Of a stretch of 64,000 nucleotides of DNA, positions 47,864-58,388 are shown piece by piece. A program made the position numbers and the translations under genes. The notes below the pieces were generated by a model that was not told where the DNA came from, did not search any database, and saw only the letters and a program-made list of their open reading frames with translations. The first letter of the stretch is position 1, and each line of letters begins with the position of its first letter. The stretch covers positions 33,299-97,298 of IMG/VR virus record IMGVR_UViG_3300010396_000042; one strand, given 5' to 3'. The stretch is from a virus.

Positions 47864-49354
47864 GTGATGGCCGCACCCCGAGAACTCGACCTCACTGTCA
47901 CCCTGGACGACGCGTGGCGTACGTATGAGAAGCACCTGCTCGCCCGCGTCGACGCCGACACGTTCAGCGCCCAGTCCGCCCGCGGCTATCTCGCCTACTC
48001 CCGGCGACTCGTCGACCACCTCGGCCCCCAGCGCACCTGCGACAGCGTCGAGGCAAGCGAGATCGTCGCATGGCTCGCGCACTACCGTTCCAGCGGTGCC
48101 CGCCGACCGACCTACGTCCAGAAGGGCGCCGGCCCGGCGACGCTTCGCCACTGCCACAAGTCCGCCAAGGGCCTCTTCGCGTTCGCCGACTCCAACCGGT
48201 GGCTACGGGAGAACCCGATGCGCGACACCGTCGCACCTCCACTGCCGCGCAAGACCGCCGGACCCGAACGCGCGGCCCTCAGCCGCCCGGAACTCGAAGC
48301 GCTCATCGCGGCGGCCCGCACCGGCAAAGGCTCCTACCGCGGCGACCGCGGAGCCTGGGTGCGCGACGAGATCGTGATCCGGCTCACCGGCGAATCAGGG
48401 CTACGTAACGGCGACGTGCAGAACCTCGACCTCGGTGACATCGAAGCCGACCCCGCGGGCCACTGGGTGGCCCAGATCCGCCGGGGCAAGGGCCGCAAGG
48501 CACGCACCGTTCCGCTCACCGACGCCTGCGCCACACTGATCCGCGACTACATCGACCAGTGGCGCCCGCAGCCGGCCGGCACGCCTGACCGCTACGACAA
48601 GAATCACCACCTCATCAAGGGCGACGCGCAAGCGCTTCTGCTGTCGCCGGACCGGCACCGTTTCAACGCTGCGATGGTCCGCCGGATCGTGGAGCGCTGC
48701 GCACAGTCCGCGCTCGGCCGCCACTATGTGCCGCATGGCCTGCGCCACACCACCGGAACTCTGCTCGCCCGCGAGGCGAAGGCCGACCCGGCGCTGATCG
48801 CGCATATCCTCGGCCACTCCGACATCTCGGTGACATCCGTCTACCTGGACACTACGACCGACGAGGCCGCCGCCGCCGTAAACCGGCGCAAGGTCGGCGC
48901 GCGGGCCAAGGCGCCGAAGGAACTGCCACCGAGCAAGGACGATCCGCGCTGGCCGGAGTGCGGCACCCGCGAGGGCTGGAATCGGCATAAGCGTGAGCGC
49001 ATCCCGCGGTGCTCGCCATGCCGCATGTGGAAACGAGAGGACACGCAACGGGCGGAGCTCAACAGGCTGGAGCGGGACCTCGCGCGAGCGCACCGTACCA
49101 TCGCCGATCAGGCCGAGCAGATCCGTAAACTGCGGGATCAGGCGCAGCGTAGCGCCGTGGGTCTCAGCGCGCGGCCTCGGGGTCGCTGCCCAGTGTGCAC
49201 ACGCCTGATCTCAGTGACGGAGAAGGGCGTGATGCGGGTGCACGACTGTCCCGGCACAGGCCAGCCGCCATTGGCGATTCTCTCGACCGCGCCAATCGTC
49301 GGTGTCGAAGCCAGTCAGTCATCATTCGTGGACGATCTCGCAGGTGCAGCATGA
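47864..49354 (+). CDS. XerC/D-like tyrosine recombinase with C-terminal Zn/coiled-coil extension
   Basis: Complete catalytic set: GLR, GKG.K.R.VP, HGLRH, LGHSD, TSVY. Confidence 0.9.
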   Translation: MMAAPRELDLTVTLDDAWRTYEKHLLARVDADTFSAQSARGYLAYSRRLVDHLGPQRTCDSVEASEIVAWLAHYRSSGARRPTYVQKGAGPATLRHCHKSAKGLFAFADSNRWLRENPMRDTVAPPLPRKTAGPERAALSRPELEALIAAARTGKGSYRGDRGAWVRDEIVIRLTGESGLRNGDVQNLDLGDIEADPAGHWVAQIRRGKGRKARTVPLTDACATLIRDYIDQWRPQPAGTPDRYDKNHHLIKGDAQALLLSPDRHRFNAAMVRRIVERCAQSALGRHYVPHGLRHTTGTLLAREAKADPALIAHILGHSDISVTSVYLDTTTDEAAAAVNRRKVGARAKAPKELPPSKDDPRWPECGTREGWNRHKRERIPRCSPCRMWKREDTQRAELNRLERDLARAHRTIADQAEQIRKLRDQAQRSAVGLSARPRGRCPVCTRLISVTEKGVMRVHDCPGTGQPPLAILSTAPIVGVEASQSSFVDDLAGAA

Positions 49355-49635
49355 CCACGCCCGGGTTCGACCGCGATGATCCGCTGCTGCGCCCGCTGAC
49401 GATTAAGCAGGCCATGGAGTTGACGGGACGTAGCGACCGCACGATCGAGCGGTGGATCCACGACGGCCGGCTGCGCAAGGTCACGCTGCAGGGCGATCCG
49501 CCGCAGCAGGTGCTGATCGAGCGCGAGGTCCTCGAGGTCGAGCGCGCCACCCGACAGGCGTCCCGCCGCGGCCGGCCGCGCGCGAAGACCACCGACACTC
49601 CGTCCGGGGACGAGGTCATTGACGCTGGTGGGTAG
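49351..49635 (+). CDS. Excisionase-like HTH protein
   Basis: LTIKQAMELTGRSDRTIERWIHDGRL. Confidence 0.75.
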   Translation: MTTPGFDRDDPLLRPLTIKQAMELTGRSDRTIERWIHDGRLRKVTLQGDPPQQVLIEREVLEVERATRQASRRGRPRAKTTDTPSGDEVIDAGG

Positions 49636-49757
49636 GGTGGCGCACACTTCGTCATAGTTCGGCGTCGTGTGCACCGCGCGCGGTCGCCCTAACCAAGGCT
49701 CCGCGGGTGCATACACAGCCCACGGGGCCTTCGGCTTTCTGCCCCTCGCCGAACCTT

Positions 49758-49830
49758 GCCCCGGTCGTCTAGCGGCCTAGGATCTCCGGTTCTCAGCCGG
49801 CCAGCACCGGTTCGAATCCGGTCCGGGGCG
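49758..49830 (+). tRNA. tRNA-Glu (CTC)
   Basis: GCCCCGG/CCGGGGC; GTCTAGCGGCCTAGGA; loop TT-CTC-AG; ACCGG-TTCGAAT-CCGGT. Confidence 0.85.
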
Positions 49831-49831
49831 C

Positions 49832-49905
49832 GGCGCCGTCGTCTAGCGGTCCAGGACCCCGGACCTTCAATCCGGCCAGCACCGGTTCGAATCCGGTCGG
49901 CGTCA
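49832..49905 (+). tRNA. tRNA-Glu (TTC) with C33
   Basis: GGCGCCG/CGGCGTC; CCGGA-CCTTCAA-TCCGG; same T arm as the neighbour. Confidence 0.8.
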
Positions 49906-49946
49906 CACCGCATCAGCAATCGCTGACACACGATCAGGAGTCCCCA

Positions 49947-50156
49947 GTGCAGATCCACAAGCACGCGTCCGTCGACCAGTACCAGGGCACGGTGAAGGTC
50001 GTGTTCGAACCGGACGAGAAGGTCGAAGTCGTGCTCGGCAACGGCGACATCGTAGAGGTGTCTCACGACGGCACCTGGACACTTCGCGACTCCCGCGCCG
50101 CCGGCGAGTTCGACCAGTGGCTCGCGCGCGGCACCTTCGAAGCGGACGCGGCCTGA
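49947..50156 (+). CDS. Small hypothetical protein
   Basis: AGGAG RBS, codon bias. Confidence 0.6.
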   Translation: MQIHKHASVDQYQGTVKVVFEPDEKVEVVLGNGDIVEVSHDGTWTLRDSRAAGEFDQWLARGTFEADAA

Positions 50157-50829
50157 TACGTCCGGTCCGGCGCTGTGCAGGCGCATCAGCCATGACCCGC
50201 GCAACGTACGCGGCGAGCTCTTGCGAACTCCTGCACCCGACCCAGAATCGGGCGGCACCGGCCCGGATGCACAGTCTCGCCGTCGCCGTGGGAAGCGGCG
50301 GAGAGCACGCACCGGCAGCGGTCACACGCGAAACCGGCAGCGTTCATGAAACCCCGGCGGTCAGCTCGGTCGAGGCGGAGGGCAAGCCGCGAAGGCGAAC
50401 CCGGGGAAGCCGACGACGCCGGGCCGACCGACCGCCGCACAGAATTCGAATGGCCTGGTCCGCCGATGTGCCGGCGGATGCCGCGCCGTGCCGGCAGCCC
50501 CGCACGGCATCCCGTTCTTCCCGCGCGTCCCCGCACTGGGGGCGAGGGCGCGCGGGAACTCCACCCGTCACCGGGAAGGCGGTCGCGATGAACCAGCGCG
50601 GCCCCCGCATCGTCGCGACCGCGCTCGTCGGGCTCGGGTTCCTCGCCCTGATCGCCGCAGCGACCGCCGAAGCAATCCTCGTCTACGCAGCCCAGCTCGC
50701 CATCGGCGTCGCCGAACGGCTCTAAACGAGCGATCACGGTGTTGCATCAAAGCAACATCTGGCCACCACTGCACCAATGTTGCGAATACGCAACACGTGC
50801 TCTTGAGTCGTTGAGAGCAGGTGACTCGG

Positions 50830-51518
50830 TGCCCGAGCTGCGCGTTGAACGCCTGGATCTGACCGAGGTCGGCAACTGGTCGTTCCGCGACAGCTCCCTG
50901 AGCTGGTCGAACAAGTTCGGGCACGGCGGCACCTACGACCCGTTCCCCGCCTACCCGCATGACCTGGAGCTGGCCCGGGCCACGGCGGAGTATGCCGCGG
51001 AGGTCTGCCCACCGCTCTACGACGTCGAGATCCACCTGGCCAACCGCGAAGAGGTCAGCCGCACCAACGGGTTCTCGATGAACGCCTATCTGCGCGAATA
51101 CGAAGGCGGCGAGTGCGTCCGCAAGACGCCGGCCGGCCTGATCGTGTTCTCCGGCAAGCGGATCCCACCGCACCCGGCCATGACCAAGTACCTGGTCGGC
51201 CACGAGTACGGGCACCACATCTGCTGGATGCTCGGCAGCCTGCGCGGCGGCAAACACCTGCAGGACGACTCCTACCTGCCCGAGTACGCGAAGCTGCGCG
51301 GCCTGGACTTCGACGTGGTCCGGCACCATGGCGCCGGCGGCAACTGGCACAACTCGATCAGCGAGATCTTCGCCTGCGACTTCCGGATCCTGATCCTCGG
51401 CATCGAGCCCGCGTACTGGCCTCACCCCGGCGTCCCCCACCCGGACACCGTCGAAGGCCTCGAAATCTGGTGGACCGAGGCCTACAACCAGCTGCGCGAC
51501 GCGGACCCCATCACGTGA
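50830..51518 (+). CDS. Zincin-like metalloprotease-fold protein
   Basis: GHEYGHH (HExxH) and downstream EIFA. Confidence 0.6.
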
Positions 51519-52351
51519 CCAGCGAGCCAGCGGCCGAGTGCGACGGCGTGGAAGTCAAGGGCGTGATCGCCGAGGCGAACGGCCCTCGCACGTTCCGTCT
51601 CGAGCGCGCCGTGGACATCAGCGGCGTATCCGGGACCGGCCGCGTCGCCGACGGAGTGCTGTGGCCGGACGGATCCGCCACCATCCGTTGGCGCGGGGAG
51701 CGGCCATCGACGGTGAACTGGGCGAGCATGGCGCACGCCGAGGCGGTGCACGGGCACGGTGGGCAGACGCGGATCGTGTTCGACGACGACCTCGTGCCGA
51801 CGGGCCACCAGGGCACCGCACCGGTCGAGGCATCGGGCAGCGACGCGGACGCCGGCAGGGTTCTGTCGGTCTATGTGCAGTGCGCCAAGCGGTTCGCGTG
51901 GACCCCGAAGCAGACCGATGATGCGATGGCGCAGCTCGGCGGTGAAACGCAGCTCCTTGAGTTGCTGAGCGCTCCGGAGCCGCCGGCACCGATCCAGGTC
52001 GGCGTGGGGATGCCTGCGGCGATCCTGCTGGACGCGTTCGGCGAGTGGCTGCACCAGGCGTTCGGAGCGACCGCGTACCTGGTCGGGTCCGCGTTCCGCG
52101 GCAAGAGCTGGCGCGACGTGGATGTGCGCCTGCTGATGCAGGACGAGGCGTTCCACGCGCTGTTCCCCGGCTACCGCACCGCGAACCAGGGCGACAGCAA
52201 GTGGTCGCTGGTGTGCGCCGCGATCAGCGTGCTGGCCAAGCAGCAAACCGGGCTGCCGATCGACTTTCAGATCCAGAGCGTGACCGAGGCGAACGAGCGC
52301 TACCCCGGGCCGCGCAATCCGCTGCGCCTGCGCCGGCATGAGGAGGCCTGA
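51515..52351 (+). CDS. Fusion of a conserved phage domain and a minimal nucleotidyltransferase domain
   Basis: DISGVSGTGRVADGV..DG..RW..HGHGG; YLVGSA..WRDVDVRL..TGLPIDFQIQ. Confidence 0.7.
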   Translation: MTSEPAAECDGVEVKGVIAEANGPRTFRLERAVDISGVSGTGRVADGVLWPDGSATIRWRGERPSTVNWASMAHAEAVHGHGGQTRIVFDDDLVPTGHQGTAPVEASGSDADAGRVLSVYVQCAKRFAWTPKQTDDAMAQLGGETQLLELLSAPEPPAPIQVGVGMPAAILLDAFGEWLHQAFGATAYLVGSAFRGKSWRDVDVRLLMQDEAFHALFPGYRTANQGDSKWSLVCAAISVLAKQQTGLPIDFQIQSVTEANERYPGPRNPLRLRRHEEA

Positions 52352-52353
52352 TC

Positions 52354-52788
52354 GTGCAGCACCACACCGTGCAGCAGCTCGAGCGCGGGCCGCGCGCCGG
52401 CAAGTGGGTGTACACCGGCGGCAACGACCACGGCCGCCACGTGCAGTGCTGTGCGGACTCGATGGTCGAGGTCCTCGGCGCCCCGGGACCTGAGCGGGAC
52501 GAGCACCCGGCGTGGGCCCGCATCGGGCACGACACCCGCGAGCAGGCGTACGCGCACATGCGGCAGCGGCTACTGGAGAAGCTGCGGCTCGAGGTGAGCT
52601 TCGGCGACTGGTCCGGTTGCCGCGCGCCGATGGGCGCCGACCGCGCGATGACCTGCGACGTGCCCACGAAGAAGGGCGCGACGATCCCGCCCTGCCATTT
52701 CAGCGCGCCGCTGTGCGACAAGCACCGCACCCGCGACGTCGTCGAGCGCATGTGGGACGGGCCAGGCGACTGGTCCGGCTCCTGGTGA
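52354..52788 (+). CDS. Cys/His-rich hypothetical protein
   Basis: GAGGAGG RBS; codon bias. Confidence 0.55.
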   Translation: MQHHTVQQLERGPRAGKWVYTGGNDHGRHVQCCADSMVEVLGAPGPERDEHPAWARIGHDTREQAYAHMRQRLLEKLRLEVSFGDWSGCRAPMGADRAMTCDVPTKKGATIPPCHFSAPLCDKHRTRDVVERMWDGPGDWSGSW

Positions 52789-52821
52789 TCGCTCGTCACC
52801 ACGCACTATCCCTCCTGAGCT

Positions 52822-52853
52822 CGGCCGGCCATCCGCACTGTGGCCGGCCGTTC
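52822..52853 (+). terminator. 10-bp hairpin
   Basis: CGGCCGGCCA/TGGCCGGCCG followed by TTC. Confidence 0.45.
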
Positions 52854-52908
52854 ACGTTCCCGCACCTTGTACGACTCCACCCCAGAAACCCCAGAACCGG
52901 AGCAGCTC

Positions 52909-53244
52909 ATGTCTCATCTCGGAGAGCTTTTCGACCGCGTCAAGGCCGCGGCCGAGCACCTGATCCACCACGAGGACCCGCGGCTACACGAGCTCGGTCA
53001 CGACCTGGCCGCGAAGACGCACGCCGCGGAGCAGGAGGTCGTCGCCCAGGCCGAACAGGTCGGCCACGAGGCGGCCGATGACGTGCACACCGTCACCGAG
53101 GAAGCGGACAGCGCGGCTCACGTAGTCGAGTCGAACGCCGAGAAGGCGGCCGCGCCAGTCGAAGCCGAAGCGGCGCACAGCGCCGGTCAGATCGTCGCCG
53201 AGGTCGGCTCGGACCTGGCGGCCGACGCCGCGAAGGACCTGTAG
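52909..53244 (+). CDS. Acidic Ala/His-rich helical protein
   Basis: GGAG RBS; codon bias. Confidence 0.6.
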   Translation: MSHLGELFDRVKAAAEHLIHHEDPRLHELGHDLAAKTHAAEQEVVAQAEQVGHEAADDVHTVTEEADSAAHVVESNAEKAAAPVEAEAAHSAGQIVAEVGSDLAADAAKDL

Positions 53245-53564
53245 GCCATGGCGTCCCCGAACACCGAGGCGTTGCGCCTAGCCCAAGCGCGACTGGAGCC
53301 GCGCCGCCGGTTCGTCGTACGCCGCTCCCTGATCCCGATCACGGAGAAAACTGCGGGCGGCAAGGAGCGCAAGTCCTTCAGGCTGCGCGTGAGCCTCGAG
53401 GACCAGGACTACGCGCTCGACCAGGTCACCGGCGCCGTGATCAACCCGGCGCGCCGCATGAGCGAAGCCGACCGCCGCGCCCTCGGTATCCGCCGCAACG
53501 GCCAGCCCCGCCGCGCTCGCCACGCGGCCGTCTCCGCCACCCCAGACAGGAAGAACGCAGCCTG

Positions 53565-54446
53565 ATGCTCACCGTCAACCGCCGCCCCGGGCCGCCGATC
53601 GACCAGGGCATCAGCGTGATCGTCGACCTGCCGCACATCACCGAGCTGCCCGCGCGCCCGCACCTGTGCTCGATCATGCGGGCCGACACGCACGACCCGA
53701 TCAGGGGCGTGCTCGGCGTCTCCATGCACTTCGACACCAGCCCCTCCGCGGGCAACTACGAACTGTGGCTCGTAGCCGAGCAGCTCGTCGACGCGAACGG
53801 CGCGCCGCTGCCGGTCGGCCACAGGCTCGAGCCGGAGCTCCACCACGAGTACTTCAGCCAGGCGCTGCGCACCGGCCTGTTCCGCTACCGCGTAGCCGGC
53901 TTCACCGCAGGCCCGCTCTTCGACCGCGCCACGGGTCTCCACCGCGACCTGGCCCCGGAAGTCGGGAAGCCGAACACGACGGGCGCCGCCACGAACCTCA
54001 CCGTGTTCCAGGTCACCTTCAAGAACCTGTTCGAGACGCAGGTCGAGGCGCACTACTTCGAGTACGGCGAAGGGTTCGTCACCTTCTATGCCGACGGGTT
54101 CCGGGCGGCCGCCTACAACGCCGGCGACGTGCTCAGCGTGCGCACCATCCCGGGCAAGCGCGTCTTCGTGGTCAACGACGCGCAGCTTCGCGTGCTGCGC
54201 TCTGCGGTGCTGTGGGATACCGAGCGCACGGCCGCCTCCGCGGAGCCGAGCGAGTACCGCCAGGCGCTGCTCGACGTCCTGGTCGACGTGCTCGGCGTGA
54301 TGCCGCCGTCCGAATCCCACGTCAACGAGTGCGCCGCGGCCGGGGAAGCCCCGGATGAGGACGACGCGGACGAGGAGCGCGACGAGCCGAACGAGCGCAC
54401 GCAGCGTGCCGCGCGGCAGCTCGACGGGCTTGTGGCGAGGGCCTGA
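53565..54446 (+). CDS. Hypothetical protein
   Basis: TGATG coupling; strong GC3 bias. Confidence 0.65.
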   Translation: MLTVNRRPGPPIDQGISVIVDLPHITELPARPHLCSIMRADTHDPIRGVLGVSMHFDTSPSAGNYELWLVAEQLVDANGAPLPVGHRLEPELHHEYFSQALRTGLFRYRVAGFTAGPLFDRATGLHRDLAPEVGKPNTTGAATNLTVFQVTFKNLFETQVEAHYFEYGEGFVTFYADGFRAAAYNAGDVLSVRTIPGKRVFVVNDAQLRVLRSAVLWDTERTAASAEPSEYRQALLDVLVDVLGVMPPSESHVNECAAAGEAPDEDDADEERDEPNERTQRAARQLDGLVARA

Positions 54447-55622
54447 GCGCGATGCGGCCTCCCCGCCAGCACAGCCTCATGCCGTGTCTCAACGCGAGCG
54501 GCTACCACATCACCGGACATCCCGGTAGCCACGGCAGCTGGGACCTGCGGGTCGATGCACGTAACGGCGACGCGATCACCGTCGAGGACATCAGCGTCAG
54601 CGAGGCCCAGGCGTTCATCAAGTGCCTGGAGAAGATGCTCATCCACCAGGCGCCCGATCCCCTGTCCGGGCAAGCGACCAGCATCGACGAAGCGCGCGCC
54701 GCGGAAGGCCTGGACGAGCGACGCGACCCACCGCCGCCGGCTGACGATCCGCCGTCCGATCCGAGCGACCAGCCCCGCACGGATCCGCCGTCCACTGGCC
54801 CCGAACCGGCTGCGGCGCAGGAACCGCTCGCGACCGGCGGATGGATTCCTCCGGGTGCGCAGAGCGCGGTGATCGGCGCCGGTGACTACGTGCTGCCGCA
54901 GTCGTGGATCAATCCGCGGCCGGGCCCCTGGCAGGAGATCCGGTTCGATCCGGCGGTGCAGCTCGCCGAGGGCAGGCACTACCAGCTCTCCTTCAACGTG
55001 CCCACACCGGGCTCGACGAGGCACATGGCGCCGCAGCTTGTACACGTCAAGCCGGGCGAGGTGATCAGCCTCGTGTGTTCCTGCCAGCCGATCGCCGGCG
55101 GGACGCTCGCTGACGACCCGAACTGCCGGATGCACCACGCCGTCCCGACCGTGTACGTGTTCGATGGCAGCTGAAACGGTGTCGCTGCACGACGCGCTGG
55201 TACCGCCTCGCGTGATGCTGTCCGGGACGGTGCTGGGCTGGTGCCGCCGCCACCCCTACCACGGCGAGATGGTCGAGCATCTCGCCCTGGATCCGCAGAT
55301 CCGTCAGCTCGCGGACGGGCAGCTGTATCTGGAGCACGCCGACGCACCGGACATCGTGCGCGTCACCCTGATGCTGCTGGATATGGCGGATCCGGCGAAG
55401 CTCACGTTCGACCAGGTCGGCGGCGTGCTGGGCTTCGAGGTGCTGCCGGCGCCGCTGCGCTACCAGGTGCTCTACCCGAGTCCGCTGGGTCTCATGGTCA
55501 CCTGCCGTCTGCTGCGCGCCTAGCCAACCAGCCGGCCTGCGCGCTGCGCAGCCCAGTCTCCCGCGCCGATCAGCCCAACGCCCCCGTAGCCCCGCACTTC
55601 CTAGCGCGAGGGGCGGTGGCCG

Positions 55623-58388
55623 GTGTCGATCCCGTCGAATCTGACCACGATCACGGTCACCGGCGAGTTCCTGGACTCCAACGGCAACCCACTGATCGGC
55701 AGCGTCTCCTTCGCGCCGCCGGTGGACATCTACGACGCCGCTGGCGGCGCCATCATCGGCCGCGTCCCCTATGTGGCGACGCTGAGCCCGTCGACCGGCG
55801 CGTTCAGCATCACATTGCCGTGCACCGACAACGCCGCGATGAGCCCCACGAACTGGGGCTACACCGTCACCGTCAACCTCACGGCCCTCTCCTCCGGGCC
55901 GTATTCGTACGCGAACGTCTCGATCCCGCACACCGCGGGCAACGGCACCACCGTCGATCTCTCGCAACTGCTGCCGCCCGGCGTGCCGACCACGATCACC
56001 CCGAACACCTACGGCCAGCTCGCCGTCTCCCAGACCTGGGCCGGCGTGCAGAGCTACCAGCAGGCCGTCAACGGCACGTTCCTGCAGGCCAACGTCTCCG
56101 GCGACACCAACCAGCGCCTCTCGATCGACACCAGCGGCAAACACCAGTGGGGCCCTGGAAACGCGGCCCTGGACACGGACCTCTACCGGTCCGCCGCCGG
56201 CGTCCTGAAGACCGACGGCTCGTTCGTCGTCGGCGGCACACTGTTCGCCACGAGCATCGCGCCGATCGCAGGCGTGAGCGCCTGGTTCAACGTCAAAGCG
56301 GCCGCGTACGGCGCGAAAGGCGACGGCTCCACCAACGACACCGCCGCGATCAACGCCGCGCACGCCGCGGCCCGCGCCGCCGGCGGCGGAGTCGTCTACT
56401 TCCCGCCCGGCACCTACATGGTCGCCCCGGTCAGCTCGACCACCGCCGCGATCGTCTGGAACAACGGCACCACCGGGGACAAGAACATCCGCTGGATCGG
56501 GGACAGTGCCGGCTCCTCCGTGATCAAACGCTCCTCCGCCGGACCGATCCTGTCGATGTCCGGGCCGTCCACCGACACCACCGGCGCCACGCACTGCGAA
56601 TACTGCGGCCTGGAAGACCTGCTGCTGAGCGGCAACAACCTCACCGGCGCGCTCATGCAGACCTACTACGCCGATGACCTGAGTTTCAGCCGGGTGCGCT
56701 GGGCCAACAGCGCGGATGTGGCGCAGGACTGCGCCGAATACTGGGACAGCCGCTACTACCACTGCGTGTTCGACTCCAATGGTTCGACCACCGCGAACAC
56801 CACCGCCCCGAACCTGTGGCTACGCAACAGCGCCGCCACCTCAGGGTTCGGCTACAGCGCGGATACCACCAACAACATCTACCTGCTGGGCTGCCGCTTC
56901 GAGCAGTACAAGACCGGCGCGATCCGCATGGAACGCGGCCTGGGCGTCAACTCGGGGCAGCCCTACAGCATCTACCTGGTCAACACGAAGATCGAGACCG
57001 CGAACATCAACGGCGGCCCGCACATCTTCGTGGACACCACCGCCCGCGACATCCGCGTGAAGAACATGCACGCCTATGCCGGCGGATTCTTCTCTGGCTA
57101 CTCGACCGCCCAGGACGTGATCACCTTCGGGCCCCAGTTCGGGTGCCTCGAGGACATCCTGATCTTCAACGCGACCGCGGCCGCCGTCGTCGCCAACGGC
57201 GTCACCGTCAACGCGCCACTGGCCGGCGCCACCGTCACGCTGGAGAACGTACGCGGCTCCTACACCGGCGGCGCCACCCCCACCGGCGCGCACATCAACT
57301 TCGGGACGAACACCGGCGGCTTCGCCGTGCGCAACTGCACCGCGGACAACGGAACCCAGTTCGCCGGCAACACACCCAGCAACGCGACCGCCAACGTACA
57401 GACCGGCAGCAGCGCCACCGGCCTGATGTCGCTGACCAACGCGACCACGGTCACCGGAGTCCTCAACTCCGACTGGCAGCTGATCGAAACCGGCGGCGCC
57501 TCGATCGCCTTCGGTATCCGCACCGTCGGCGACACCAACAACCGGTTCACCACCGACGCCTCCGGCAACATGTCCTGGGGCCCGGGCAACGGCGCAGTCG
57601 ACACCACGCTGGGCCGCAACGCGGCCGGCGTGCTGCAGACCGGGCAGTCCTTCCGCGCCGCGAACAACATCGTCGCCGTCCAGAACCTGCGCGCCGGATC
57701 CTCCTCCTCGCTCGGCTCCGACCTGGTCGGCGGTATCGAGCTGGCCAACGCCACCACCACGCCAACCGGCAACCCAAGCGGCGGCGCCGTCGCCTACGGC
57801 GTGAACGGCACGCCGTGGCTGCGCGACCCCAACGGCGCGATCAGCGCGATGATCTCCCCGTCGGAGTTCTCCATCTCCCCCACCGGGTGCCTCGGCGAGA
57901 CGATCCCCCGCGCCCTGGTCAACTCCGCGGCGCAGGCCATCGGCGCCACCACCGGCACCGTGTACATGGCCGGCGTGTGGCTGCCCGCCGGCACGAAGAT
58001 CTCGAGCCTGAACTGGGTGACCGGTTCGACCGCTGCGGGCACCCCGACGCACTGGTGGCTCGGGGTCGCCGACTCCGGCGGCGTGCAGCGCGCGCACAGC
58101 GTGGACCACACCACCTCCGCGATCGCCGCCAACAGCCTGGTCACCACGGCGATGACCGCGGCATACACGACCACCTACACCGGCCTGTACTACTTCCTGC
58201 TGTCGGTCACCGCCACCACCAACCCGACCTCGTCGGGTATCGCCGCGCCGACCAACATGAACGTCACCAGCCCGCTGCTCGCCGGCGTCTCCCCGTCCGC
58301 TGCGCAGAGCGCGCCCGGCACGGACGGCACCACCACCTACACGGCTCCGTCCAGCGCAGGCGGCGTCCCGTACATCTACGCGACCTGA
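55623..58388 (+). CDS. Tailspike/tail-fibre-like protein with pectate-lyase-like beta-helix
   Basis: N-terminal carrier domain; FNVK..YGAKGDGSTNDTAAINAA..GGGVVYFPPGTY; Thr/Gly/Asn-rich. Confidence 0.8.
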   Translation: MSIPSNLTTITVTGEFLDSNGNPLIGSVSFAPPVDIYDAAGGAIIGRVPYVATLSPSTGAFSITLPCTDNAAMSPTNWGYTVTVNLTALSSGPYSYANVSIPHTAGNGTTVDLSQLLPPGVPTTITPNTYGQLAVSQTWAGVQSYQQAVNGTFLQANVSGDTNQRLSIDTSGKHQWGPGNAALDTDLYRSAAGVLKTDGSFVVGGTLFATSIAPIAGVSAWFNVKAAAYGAKGDGSTNDTAAINAAHAAARAAGGGVVYFPPGTYMVAPVSSTTAAIVWNNGTTGDKNIRWIGDSAGSSVIKRSSAGPILSMSGPSTDTTGATHCEYCGLEDLLLSGNNLTGALMQTYYADDLSFSRVRWANSADVAQDCAEYWDSRYYHCVFDSNGSTTANTTAPNLWLRNSAATSGFGYSADTTNNIYLLGCRFEQYKTGAIRMERGLGVNSGQPYSIYLVNTKIETANINGGPHIFVDTTARDIRVKNMHAYAGGFFSGYSTAQDVITFGPQFGCLEDILIFNATAAAVVANGVTVNAPLAGATVTLENVRGSYTGGATPTGAHINFGTNTGGFAVRNCTADNGTQFAGNTPSNATANVQTGSSATGLMSLTNATTVTGVLNSDWQLIETGGASIAFGIRTVGDTNNRFTTDASGNMSWGPGNGAVDTTLGRNAAGVLQTGQSFRAANNIVAVQNLRAGSSSSLGSDLVGGIELANATTTPTGNPSGGAVAYGVNGTPWLRDPNGAISAMISPSEFSISPTGCLGETIPRALVNSAAQAIGATTGTVYMAGVWLPAGTKISSLNWVTGSTAAGTPTHWWLGVADSGGVQRAHSVDHTTSAIAANSLVTTAMTAAYTTTYTGLYYFLLSVTATTNPTSSGIAAPTNMNVTSPLLAGVSPSAAQSAPGTDGTTTYTAPSSAGGVPYIYAT

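Noticed and set aside
49832-49905. Opal suppressor / selenocysteine tRNA (TCA)
   Set aside because: The perfect CCGGA/TCCGG stem centres the loop on TTC; the body is Glu-like and there is no long variable arm
49758-49905. attL/attR prophage boundary at the tRNAs next to the recombinase
   Set aside because: Phage-type genes continue on both sides and both tRNAs are full length; no second att copy is visible in the window
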